NCBI GenBank assembly: GCA_951406725.2 | Contig: OX597815.1 | Coordinates: forward strand, 74,834,001 to 74,898,000 | Direction of reading: 5' to 3' | DNA from: Octopus vulgaris | Lineage: Eukaryota | DNA length: 64,000 nt | Shown here: piece by piece, positions 42,365-58,249 of the stretch | How the letters are laid out: each line of letters starts with the position of its first letter | How positions within the stretch are numbered: position 1 is the stretch's first letter | Program-made: the position numbers and the translations under genes | Notes under the pieces: model-generated | Database searches by the model: none | Seen by the model: the letters and a program-made list of their open reading frames with translations, nothing else | What the model was told of the DNA's origin: nothing

Positions 42365-43012
42365 TATAATGAAAAAAAAATTAATGGTGTTTCATATTCT
42401 ATTGTATTTTTATAATCTTTTATTCTTTTACTTGTTTCCGTCATTTGACTTTGGCCATGCTCGAACACCGCCTTGAAGGGTTTTAGTCGAACAATTTGAC
42501 TACATGACTTATTTCTTAAGCCTAGTACTTATTCTATCGGGATCTTTTGCCGAACTGCCAAGTTACGGGGGCGCAAACACACCAACATCAGTTGTCAGGC
42601 GGTAATGGGGTGAACATCCTTTCAACATTGTTATTATCGAGTCCAAAGACAGGTAGGGCCGGTTCCCCGGTTTCAGTGGATATAAGTAACCGGGATCACA
42701 ACATTCTTCTTGAATGAGAGACCAGTCTGTCGCAAGGTTATTCATTTACAGCTGAATAGACTCGAACAACGCAAAGCGAAGTGTTTTGCTCAAAAACACA
42801 ACGCACCGCCCGTTGTGGGAATCGAAACCACGATCCTGTGATCAAGAATGCAACACCCTAACCACTTGGCTACGTGCATTCATCCTGTCAGGATCAATAA
42901 AATAAGAATCTGTTCAGCACTGGGGTCGATGTAATCGGCTTCCCCGTCCTCTTAAGACTTAGTGGCCTTATGTTAAAATTATAAAGGATTATTTAAATCT
43001 TTTATTTTGTAG

Positions 43013-43147
43013 TGCAATCGATTGGATAAAGAAGAAAACACGTACATTTCTTTTTGTACTAACGAATGGCTGAATAACAGCAAAGAAATTTTCTCTGAAT
43101 TCGATTACATTGCGAATAATACTTTTGTAAGTGAAGAAGATTTTACG
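43013..43147 (+). CDS. Exon 3: predicted A-B loop
   Basis: Acceptor cttttattttgtAG, donor G|GTAAGT, 135 nt, phase 0/0; CNRLDKEENTYISFCTNEWLNNSKEIFSEFDYIANNTFVSEEDFT. Confidence 0.8.
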
Positions 43148-43756
43148 GTAAGTTTTGTCTCGATTTTTAGTATACTTTTTTTCAGATGGACAAACTGCAA
43201 ATAAATTTTATGTGCCAAACGCCTGACGCATTGAAGTACTAATGTTCTAACAAAAAAATGTTATAGAACAGATTTATGATGCACAACTTTTATCAAACAC
43301 ACACACAATATTTTATGAAATGTGTTTTAAATATATGAATTATCTACAATATTTTTTGAATGTTTGATGTCATGATAAACTTTAATTTGCCTTTGTACAA
43401 TAAAAAAGTTACATAATAATTTATAGTTTAAGGGAGATAATTATCATTTATACAATTTTTTTAATGTAATGCTTAATAAGAAAATTAAATAAATTATTTT
43501 TTTTATCACAATAAGTAACCCAAATCCGAATGGAGGAAGCAGAAATTATGTAATGAAAATGAATATTCATTGTAGTTAAAGTAATCATAAGTTTTAACGG
43601 TGTAAAGACTTATATAAAAATACTTAACTAGGAGATTTCTTTATAAAAAATACAAAATACTGATAAATAAAAAGACCAGTATTCTTGTAGCAAAAGTCGT
43701 CTGGTTTACAACTAAAAGTTAACTGACTGAAGTAAACAAGCTTTCAATTATCTACA

Positions 43757-44125
43757 ATCTGGGACCCCATATAATTAACTAGACGTATCTAATTAGGGCC
43801 TCGTGTATCTAGACACGTCTATCTGAATTTCGTGTAATGTACACATGTAACCGTGACCTCTTGTAACTAGACATGTTTTACTGGGATATCGTGTAACTAG
43901 ACATGTCTAACTGAGTCCTTGGTACAAGGCTGTTTTAAGGTATGGACACACTGGACAGTTGCCTGGGGTTTCACTGATCTAGGGGCCCAGTTCTGATCTG
44001 TGTATGTTGCGGATTGTTTTCAGTGCATAAATACTATAGGGCACAGTGTAATGATTTTTCCGAGAGCCTATCAAGTTGTTAAGACGGCCCTGTTTAGGTT
44101 GTTAGATATATCTGACTAGGACCGC
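43757..44125. repeat. ~30-bp degenerate minisatellite interrupted by a short TIR element (43925-44092)
   Basis: Units like ctgggatatcgtgtaactagacatgtctaa; insert ends caaggctgttttaa / ttaagacggccctg. Confidence 0.65.
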
Positions 44126-44558
44126 CTATAGCTAAACCCTTCTACAAGCATCTAATTTTCTATACGCATAATCCTACTGAAAATTAGAGTCGCAACTGAC
44201 CGAGTCCATTGGATGACAGATGGTTAGTTTAAGAACCGATTGATTATTCATATCACTAGTGCTGCAATATGTGTACCAAATACTGTGAACTCCAAAATAC
44301 GTCAATATTGTTGTTGAAAGCAGCATGAGTATTGAATGGTTGACGACTGTTTTGTTAGTTAAAAGAGATATATACAAATCCTAACATAGATTTAACATAG
44401 TGAAGTTCGGGAAATTACTTCAGACACTCTATGCTGAGAAGGTATTATTCTATATTACCTCTCTGTGTTTCATTGTATTATAGAATCCCTACAATCTAAA
44501 TTGTCTATAAAATTACACGAAAACTTTGTCTTTTGATTTTTTTTTTTTTAAATTATAG

Positions 44559-44771
44559 AATTTTCTGAAGAAGTTGGCATTTACTTTGGACCGATACATA
44601 AATCTGTTTGAAATTCTTCTGGACATGATGAAGACATCTCTCTGTAAACATAAACCAGCGCATGACCGTTGTAAATTATGTAGCAAGTCTCCTAATAGAA
44701 TTACCACAGACTACTGCACTTTAAGAGCGACAACCCATAAACTTAAAGACTTGAAAATTCAACTTATACTG
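44559..44771 (+). CDS. Exon 4: predicted helices B and C with a Cys-rich linker
   Basis: Poly-T acceptor ...aattatAG, donor CTG|GTAAGA, 213 nt, phase 0/0; NFLKKLAFTLDRYINLFEILLDMMKTSLCKHKPAHDRCKLCSKSPNRITTDYCTLRATTHKLKDLKIQLIL. Confidence 0.85.
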
Positions 44772-45739
44772 GTAAGACCTAAATACTTTCTTCTCGTTAT
44801 TTGTAAATTTAGATCATTTGCCTCATTTAGATCAGTATAAACAATAGTATACCCACATCTGAAGTGGTGCACATGACACCGTTACTTTCAAACCAGATAC
44901 CAACGATGGGTCATATCGCAAATGGATTTGTTTTCAAATGAAACCCTATTGTCATACTTGTGCTGAGACTATACTTTTTAGGTCCGACTCTACCGAAAGA
45001 ATATTCCAAAAAGAATATTCCAGTGTGAAATATTTTGATCAATAAAATCACTTGCTTTTTCCTTACTGAGTCTGGAATAAGTGCACATGACCTTTGTAGG
45101 TCCTTGATGACGTTGATGTTTTGTTTAAACTGTTGTTGGCTAATACCTACAAGAAATACAATGTACTCGGATTATCTCGAAAGAAACTGAATCGCTGAAA
45201 ATAGCGTGAAGTTTATTTGCTAATGTGCTGCGACGAAGCACATGTGAAAGAAAATTAAATTACAAATTAAAAACAACTCTAGTGATTCCGAGGCCAATTG
45301 TTCCGCCTGGTCTGAAACATTCAGGTGTTCTTTAACACTCGGCGTCTTTCGAGGAGCTCTCCCTGGACGCATTACCACAGCAAATTTGGCGTATAAACAA
45401 AACGCATATACTATGTATGTGCGACATAACAAGTAGTGCTTTTAATTCATAATATAATTTTCTTTCACATAGCTACACCGCAGTGCATCAGTAAATACAC
45501 TTCACTCTGAATATAAGTCCTAGATCGGCGATTCACTTCGTTTCGAGATGATCCGAGTACATGGTATTGATAATCCACAACAATGGCAAAATATCGACAT
45601 CTACCATCCTAGGTGATTCCTCGAGTTGTCTCACCTGGCGTGTGATATTCCAGTGCTCTTTAACACTCAGCTATAGCGCAGCAAATTTGCCGTGTAAACA
45701 AATCACATACACTTTGAATGTGCGACCGAAAATGTTTAT

Positions 45740-45973
<234 letters not shown>

Positions 45974-46079
45974 GTTATCTCCACTTATAGAAATGGAAAA
46001 ATATATATCTTTGACTGCCATTTCTAATTCCTTCGGCATGAGGCGAAACAGCTCGCTGCTAGCCAACTTATTTTTGCTT

Positions 46080-46310
<231 letters not shown>

Positions 46311-46479
46311 AGCATAACAAATGCGCAACCGGTAAAAAAAACTTTCACCTAATTAAATACACTCTCCCTTACTTAAATTATTTTGTCAGCATTTTCTTCA
46401 TTTCCTTTTTTTATATATCACAACTCGTGTTCCACATCTCCTTTTTTAGATATATATATATATATATATTTATTATTTT

Positions 46480-47188
46480 ATTTATTTTTATTTTATCTAG
46501 TTTCAGCTCACGAACTGTGGTCATGCTGGGGCACCGCCATTTGGTGTTGCTACATGATTTTACTTCACAAATGCTTTTTAGCAATTGTCATTTGGTGCAT
46601 GAGGGAGTTCGATGCAGCTGCCCTCGTCTGCACCTCCTGCCGTGAAGTTGGTTCATCTGGGACACCTGACAGAAAGAGATCCAGTTTTATTTTAAAGACA
46701 TCTGCATCCACCCCATGCAGGTCTCTCAGGTTATTCGGTGGGATATTGAAGAACTGTGGTCCTCTGAAGCCCAGGCTATCACAGTATCTTGTCCTACATC
46801 TTGATGGCAAATTTGGAGTCCTTGGCACTATGCAGTGGCGCCCAGTTCTAGCATTTGTGTAACTCTCGATGCCAAAGTTTGGGACAAGTCCTTCTAGGAT
46901 CTTCCAGATGTATATTATGGCATATCTTTCTCGCCTACGCTCTAAGGAATAGAGTCTTAATCTCTTGAGTCTTTTCCAGTAGCTTATATGCTGCACAGAG
47001 GCTATCTTCTTCGTGTAGCTTCGTTGGATCGCCTCAAGTTCTGTGATTAACTTGGCACTGGATGGTGACCACAGCTGAGAGCAATAGTCAAAGTGGCTTA
47101 GGACAAGTGTCCTCCAGAGGACCATCATGGTTTCCTGGTCTCTTGTTCTAAAGGTTCTAAGAATCTATCCGGTCAACCGCCTACATTT
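46480..47188 (-). pseudogene. CR1/L2-like LINE 3' end (ORF2 C-terminus + 3'UTR)
   Basis: ORF 46565-47128: L.SHFDYCSQLWSP...LEAIQR...RL..L.LYSLERRRER; tail ccccagcatgaccacag...ctgaaactag + A-rich. Confidence 0.9.
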
Positions 47189-47305
47189 CATATATATATA
47201 TATTTCTAAAAGTTCGGTATGTGGTAAAGCAAATTTCTTTGCTGAACCCTAATTATAAAGTAATGTTTATATATATATATATATATATACATATATATAA
47301 ACATA

Positions 47306-47557
47306 TTGTTGTTCCCTCGCCTGTCTCTGGCTGTTTTTTTGTTTTATTACTTGTACAATTCCGAAACTCCGCGCGCGCATGAGCGCTCGTACAATTCAGT
47401 ATTATAGACCCATTAGTTCTACCGATCGGTAAAAGCGGTTGAGATGAATTTATAATACTTTATTATATAAATATCAATATACCCACTCTAATGATAAATA
47501 TATAGGTGCCTGATGTTTTTTTTATGACTTATGGATTCTTAGACGGCTGTATGTGTA

Positions 47558-47592
<35 letters not shown>

Positions 47593-47632
47593 AAAGAAAA
47601 GAGAGAGGGAGGGAGGGGAGAGAGAAAAACAT
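47306..47632 (+). repeat. ~330-bp direct duplicate of 51714-52063
   Basis: Nearly identical except for microsatellite length; this copy is embedded in a TA/aaaca microsatellite. Confidence 0.92.
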
Positions 47633-48323
47633 ATATATAAACATATATATAAACATATACATATATATAAACATATATATATATAAACATGGTCCCCTCT
47701 CTCTCTTACCCCCTTCTCTCTCTTATCCTCTTGCGACTTGCTGCCTCAGCCATTCTGTTGCCATCGGCCGCTTGTTCAACATGTGTCTCATCACCGAAAA
47801 GGTAATTATTTTTCCACGCTTGCTGATATTGTTTTTGTGTTTCTTTTTGTCTCAAAGCCGTAGGGCGCCTGTGTCATCCATGTTTTTAACCAGTACTGTC
47901 TCCAAAAAAGATTTTTTCGTTTCATGCTCGTCTCTGTTGCGTTGCATTCTTTCCTTCTGTGGCTGGCTGATTCAGAGCGGATCTCAGAATTAAACAGCCG
48001 AAATCCGCGATGAGGAATCAGTTTCTGACTGAAGAACGAAGGCTTTGAATGACCCGTTTGTCTTTTTGTTCGTCCCTTCGTGTATTTCATGTTATTTATT
48101 TATGTAAAGGTTTATTATATAAACATATATATATATATAAACATATGTATAAACGTATATACATATATAAACTGGAGGCGCAATGGCCTAGTGGTTAGGG
48201 CAGCGGACTTGCGGTCGGAGGATCGCGGTATATACATATATAAACATATATATAAACATATATATGAAACGTATATATATATATAAAACATATATATAAA
48301 CGTATATATATATATAAATAAAC

Positions 48324-48357
<34 letters not shown>

Positions 48358-48680
48358 CATATATATATATAAATATATATATATATTAACATATATACAT
48401 ATATATATATATATATAAACATATATATATATAAACATATATATAAACATATCTATATATAAACATATCTATATATAAACATATATATATATATAAACAT
48501 ATATATATATATATAAACTTATATATATATAAACATATATATATATATAAACACATATATATATATATATAAACATATATATATATAAACTCATATATAT
48601 ATATAAACTCATATATATATATAAACACATATATATATATAAAAATATATATATATAAACATATATATATATAAACATAT

Positions 48681-48763
<83 letters not shown>

Positions 48764-48900
48764 GTATATATATATATGCTAAATTACTACGATGATCCGG
48801 TTCTTGACTGAAGACTGAGGGTTTCGAATGTCCTGTCCGTGTTTATTGTATCGTCTTCTAAGAGTTATACGTTCTTGTCCATGTTGTATTTTTCTATACC

Positions 48901-50586
<1,686 letters not shown>

Positions 50587-51362
50587 ATATGTCATCTCCG
50601 GCGGGAGAGCCCATCATTATTATAATTATGGTTGGGAGCTTAAATGTCACGTTTTGTTGATATTTATACTCAGTTCAATATAATGATAATATATCATTGA
50701 ACTATATCGTGATACAGACTGTCAAGGCATCGATCAATAGTCCAACACTCTACTCAACTCACTCTGCTGGCTGTTGTGCGTGTGTATATGTGTGTGTATA
50801 TACATGTATATATACATAAAATAAATAAATAAATGCGCCCTTTTTAAAGCCCAGCCAGGCTCATGGGCCCGGTTTCCATGACGCATGTGTTCCCAAGCTG
50901 GATGGAACGCCAGTCCATCGCAGCGTTACTAATTTTTGTCAGCTGCCTAGAGCAACGTGAATTGAAGTGTTTTGCTCAAGAACACAACGCGTCGCCCGGT
51001 GTAGGAATCGAAACTACAATCTTACGATCATGAAACTGACACCCTAAACACTAAGCCTCCACGTATATATACATGCATAAAAATTATATACAGGCATATA
51101 TCAAAAGAAAGTGTGATTAATAAATGGTTAATAATCAAGGCGAAATATTTCTTAAGCACTCTGCAGATAAAATTACACCAACCTATCAAAAAGTCTTGTG
51201 GTTAGTATTGTACTCCGAGTAATCCAAAATCAAAGTCCATCATCAGTCAAATGTTTAAATTCATGGTTCTAGTACCTAGTTAAGATGGTAGGATTTTGCA
51301 GAGTGATACGTAAAATAGACAGAAATAATGGATTATATACATTTTTTTTTTTATGTATTATA

Positions 51363-51468
51363 GGCTTACAGATGTTTCAGATATGAGTTTGGGCGTGTTC
51401 GTAGTTCAATCTTATCAATCGATCGATATATAGGGAACCACCAACCGAAAGCTATCTTCTTCAGAGCC
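51363..51468 (-). ncRNA. Type-I hammerhead ribozyme candidate with intact core and long loop II
   Basis: ggct-CTGAAGA-agata...(~70 nt)...tatct-GAAA-catctg-TA-agcc; inverted partial copy at ~51493-51600. Confidence 0.6.
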
Positions 51469-51967
51469 GAAACAAGTCTACTGCCAAGGAAAACGGCTGG
51501 TGGTTATCTATACATATTCAGTCGATTGATCAATCGATTGATAAGATTGAACTACCAAAGCACCCAAACGCATATCTTAAACATATATATAAATGTATAT
51601 CATACATTATTTTTGTCTATTATATACAAGCATATATGTGTGTGTGCGCGCGCAGGTGTATCGAGACGCCATTGACTTCCATTTTTCGTGATCGTCAAGC
51701 TAATACACCTTGCTTGTTGTTCCCTCGCCTGTCTCTGGCTGTTTTTTTTTTGTTTTATTACTTGTACAATTCTGAAACTCCGCGCGCGCATGAGCGCTCG
51801 TACAATTCAGTATCATAGACCCATTAGTTCTACCGATCGGTAAAAGCGGTTGAGATGAATTTATAATACTTTATTATATAAATATCAATATACCCGCTCT
51901 AATGATAAATATATAGGTGCCTGATGTTTTTTTATGACTTATGGATTCTTAGACGGCTGTGTGTGTA

Positions 51968-52001
<34 letters not shown>

Positions 52002-52396
52002 GAGAGTGGGAGAGTGAGAAAAGAAAAGAGAGAGGGAGGGAGGGAGGGGAGAGAGAAAAACATCCACTACAGGCGGAGATAATTTAATACATTCAGTCTT
52101 TATGCTGTTTGGTAATTGATAGCCTTGTACTTGTCTACGTTGCTCAAATACATGCCGCTGGCCCCTCCTAGTTCTTTCTCTTTGAGGAAAAAGGGCGGCG
52201 GTGAGCTGGTAGGGTAGTCAGAGCGTCGGATAAAATACTTTGAGATTTGTGTTCAAATCTCGCTGAGGCCTACTTTGCTTCTTATCCTTTTGGGTTCTGT
52301 AAAATAAAAGACCAATCTACTGGGGCCGATGGTATCAACTAACCTCCACTGCTTTCAAAATTGCTAGCTTTGTGTCTAAATAAGAAACAATATAAC

Positions 52397-52528
<132 letters not shown>

Positions 52529-53219
52529 GGGGACGAATCCTCAAGACTGGTATTTCTCGCAAGACAGCTCTAGTAACTGAGTAATGATGAATGAATCAAT
52601 CAGTGATAAACGATAAATGATATTCTTTAAGGACAGCGCACTGGCAGAATCGTTAAAAGCGTCAGAAAGAACGCTTTGCGGTATTTCTCCTGACTCTGCA
52701 TTCTGAGCTCAAATTCCGCTGTCAGGTCAACTTTGTCGTTCATCCTCTCCGGAGTTGATAAATAAAATACCAATCTAGTATTTGGGTCGTTGCAATCGAC
52801 TAACCCCCGCTTCCAAAATCCAGGCGTTGTGCTTATAATTTTATACCATGTCCCTAGACAGTAATACCATATAACGACGATGATGATATATATAGTTTTC
52901 ATGTCGCATAAATGACGAAAACCACAAAATTCTCCTGAATGGGAAAGTCCATTCAAGACAAACAACTTTAAGTGGGTGGGACAAGTCGATTACATCGACT
53001 CCAGTACTTGACTGATATTTTATTTTATTGACTCCAAAGGGACGAAAGACAAAGTTGATCTCGGCGGGATTTGAACTCAGAACGTAAAGAGCCTGACAAA
53101 ATGTCACTTAGCATTTTGTTCGACGCCCTGTCGATTCTGCTAGCTGACCAACTTTGTGCATGTGTTAAAAACAATTTATTGATATTCTGTTTAAAATATT
53201 ATCCTTTTATCATTTTCAG

Positions 53220-53390
53220 CTTTCCGAGAAGTATATGGAGAAAGACTTACAGAAATTGCGCCATTTCGTCCAAGAAGCTACTCTCCAACAGCATGAAGAT
53301 TTTGTCTTGAAAATGTTAACAAGAACTTCAGCAGAATTAAACCAAATTCAGGGGATTGTTGTGGGTGTTTCAGGCCAGACTGGTTATTAA
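53220..53390 (+). CDS. Exon 5 (terminal): C-D loop + predicted helix D, stop TAA
   Basis: Acceptor ccttttatcattttcAG; phase-0 frame LSEKYMEKDLQKLRHFVQEATLQQHEDFVLKMLTRTSAELNQIQGIVVGVSGQTGY*; followed by unique AT-rich sequence. Confidence 0.75.
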   Translation, partial: LSEKYMEKDLQKLRHFVQEATLQQHEDFVLKMLTRTSAELNQIQGIVVGVSGQTGY

Positions 53391-53814
53391 ATGTTTTACT
53401 ATTTTAATCAACTTGAGTTATGAATCGAAACTCTCTCTCATACACATATTCTTTCTGCTGGACAGAATATTGACTCCAAGAGGGTTCTAAAAATTTCAGC
53501 TTTGACCACAAAGAAACTTATTTTGATTTGAAAACCCCACTAGAATGGGAGAAAGCGCTAATGATCTAAGTGATATATGTAAAAAATGTAATATATAAAT
53601 AAATATCTGTAAATATAAACCATCCGATCTTCTGATTACCTCATTTCTTCTAATATTTAATACCTGTACATCATCTCCAACACTTCCAATATATATATAT
53701 ATGTATATATATATATACATCTGTGTATGTGTTTTTGAATATTAAATGTATATGAAATATATCTTAAGTTTAATATTGTTTATTTCAACTACATACACAA
53801 CTAGTATCAATGCT

Positions 53815-53841
53815 AATAAAACTACAAAATAAATAAATAAA
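53815..53841 (+). terminator. Candidate polyadenylation signals
   Basis: AATAAA at 53815 and overlapping copies from 53828, followed by gtttgtttt; another AATAAA at 53598. Confidence 0.4.
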
Positions 53842-55810
53842 ACAGCGTTTGTTTTATATTCATCAAATTCGCTTATGCAACTTTTTTCTTCTAACTGCTA
53901 TAAATATTTTGCAGTATATTACCGTTCCTATTGTGGTATGTCTACGATTTTTGTGGATTGTTATAACAAAAAATTCATTTTCTAAAGGCTCAAACATATA
54001 TCTAATATTTTCTTACAATTGGATTGGTTTCATAAATCTATAATTGTAATCATGAGCTATATGTAGATTTGGGATAGAGATATTACCAAATTCATCAACA
54101 CGTTTGACCATAGACGGCCTGTCCTTATATTCCATAATTCCACTACGAATATGCCATGGATATCGGTTTTAGTTTTATTTTTCCTTAAAATATTTCCGAA
54201 TTCGGAGTTTTGATCCTTCGACACCGTGACATTCGGTATTCTGTGTTTTTTTTCTTTTTAATTTTTTTTTTTTTTTGTTAGTTTTTCAAGCTTTCGGTAT
54301 CTTGATTTTTCCATTCGGCCGAAACGTATCACTGTGGTATTTCTAGTTCACACAAAACCGAAACGTATTGCTATGATATTTCTAGTTCCAGAACGTTGGT
54401 AAACTGCATTGGCAATATTTGGAGTTATTTCGGTTAAAGGTTTTATTTAATTATTTATTTAAACGCAGCCGCAGACGAAGTTGCGTCAGTTTTTACGGAA
54501 AACAAGATGTAATTTATGTACAGATCAGAGTCTGAAGTCAAACATTACGAACATAAAATGAATGCGACTTACCTGATGCTACGAAAGTATATAAGTATTG
54601 ATGAAGGGAAGGGGATGAATGTAATATTCCTGCATAGCATTTTAGATATATAAAAAAAAATAATAAAGCAGCGATCTACACCCAATACATGACTGATAAT
54701 TTATTTTATCGATCTCGGAAGGATGAAAGGTAAAACTGACGCCTGTGAAACTTTGTCGCATAGTGTAAACGGTCGTAAATTAAATATCCCAGGCATATTG
54801 TTCGACATTTTATCAAATCAGCCATGTGTTAAATATCTCAACACTAAATTTTTTTGCGCCACTAATTTCCGTACGCCCTAAATGTACAGTTTTGAATGCT
54901 TACATGATTCATTTATCACTATTTGGTCATATATCGTGGATTTACATAGTTGATAGGCCAAATACTGCAGTATTTGTCCTGAAATAACATCTCTCGTGGA
55001 CGTGCTGTATAAAGATAAAAAAAATAATAATAAATATCGGGAGGCAACACAAATTCGTAGCCGGGTGGAACATCAGTGAATGTTTTCTTCATTGTTTCCT
55101 ATATCAGAATCTATGGTTTCTCGTCCGGGCGTGTGGCTGGCTGCCACTTACGCACCATTGAAAAAGGCCAGAAGCACTGAAATACATCTGGCACTCTCGC
55201 TGGCCGCTGCTGAGATGAATTTTGGTCTCTGTCCGATATTTATTGTGTTTTTAATACAGCAAGCCCATAAGAGATGTTATATCAGGACAAACTGGCCTAT
55301 CGTCAGTGTGTGTACATTGAGTATAATACATAGATGGCTATTTTCATTTAATACTACCTCTGTTACGTACACCGGAAAATTATAATAGTTTCGAACATAT
55401 TCACCAGGCTAGAAATTTAGTGGGAGCAGAACAGTCGACTGGTACATTATTTTATCAACCCGGGTAAGACGAAAATCAAAAGTGGTATCAGTGGGATTAG
55501 AACTTGGAACATAAATGGCTGTTGTAACGGTTCTGCGAAAACCACAGCCGTATACAGGTGTTTCTAATACATATACAAGGCTCAAATTTTAGAGGGACGG
55601 GGCTTGATCAATTAAATTGACCCCAAGACTTGACTTGTACATTATTCCATGGACATCAGAGGAATAAATGAAAGCTTCACTTCGACGGCGTTTGGACTTC
55701 AAACGTAAAGCTACCGCGCAAATATTACAAGACATTTTCAAAACATTTTCACTCCCCATCAAATAATATAACCGGTTTAAGAACATTCTGATCTCATTCG
55801 ATAATTAAGT

Positions 55811-56273
55811 TGTAGCAGAAGCCAGATAGTTGAATGACCTCCCTTGCAAGAAAGCTCATAGAGTAACCTCCCTTTTCTAAATTTCTCGAATGCATCAATA
55901 TCATGAGACGTGAATCTTAATTATTCAAGAAGCTTGAAGTTTCTTTTTGAAGTTTCTAGAATGTCTAGTGTTCCATTAATAAAGACAGCTTGCTAACCCA
56001 GCTTTTTGATTAGAATTGGAGCCATTCACGACGTTGCTATGTCCGTCTATTTCTCTACGTCCCATGACTGAAAGCCGCCATTTCGCATAGATTAATTCAT
56101 TCAACAAGTTTCTACAATTTGATTCCATGTATTATCATCGATAGAAGAATCAAATATATTTCATGTAGTTAATGTAGAGATCTTGTATCTATTCTTTCAT
56201 CTCTATATGAACTCTTGTAATAACATACACGCAGCCACATCAGCACATTTTACTGTCTATATATTACACTACA
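55811..56273. mobile_element. Solo LTR (Gypsy-like)
   Basis: TGTAG...CTACA termini, 463 bp, 4-bp TSD aagt at 55807-55810 and 56274-56277. Confidence 0.7.
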
Positions 56274-56505
56274 AAGTCAATATAATACCAAAGATATTCA
56301 AGAGTTGTCTCTCTTATCTTCAGAAACCACTATCATAATACTTTCAAATTTTCAGGCGGGTTCTGCAATTTCAGGGTCGGTGGCTAGACCATTGCATCGA
56401 CTCCAGTGTTCGCTCAACTGGGACTTATGAAAGAATAAAATGTAAAGACGGACGAAATGCCGCTAAGCATTTTATCCAGCGTTCCAGCTCGCCGCCTTAC
56501 AACTA

Positions 56506-57653
<1,148 letters not shown>

Positions 57654-58249
57654 TATCTACCATATTGACCGCTAAAGGTATAACGTTTCAAGTGCGATTG
57701 TGACAAGGAACAGACATGTTCGAATGGCCCAATACTTGACAGGCACTATATTTTATCGATCTAGACATGGATAAAAGACAGTTTATCGTACTGAGAATTG
57801 ATTTCGGGGCGTAAAAGGCAGTAACTAAATACTAGAAGGTACGTTATGCGACATGTTTATTAGTCGTTTATTATCGACATTTTCTCCACGTTACTTATAG
57901 ATATTTATAATTTATTTAGTTATTTATTTATTTATTATTTATTTATTTATTAACTAGCATACCCGTGTCATCAAAAATGCCGACAATTTTATTAATGATA
58001 GAAAATGGCGCATCAGCACAAAGGGAGAGACCATTGATAAATGTTAATAGCAGATACGGTTGTAACATCTCGCTTGAAAATATCATTCACAAGATACATG
58101 TGGGGGTGGGGCGCGTGCGTGCATGTATGTATGCATGTATACTCACACACACACACACATACACACATGTTCATATGCATACATATAGGCACATATACAT
58201 ATATAAATACACACACACATGTATATGTATAATCATACATACATTACAT

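Noticed and set aside
52928-52950. Isolated kB/STAT-like motifs in intron 4 (and ggaagtcccc at ~2035)
   Set aside because: Single short motifs among repeat debris with no supporting context.
54443-54462. Clustered ATTTA as a cytokine-type AU-rich element
   Set aside because: Lies beyond the likely polyA signals and is expected by chance in such AT-rich DNA.
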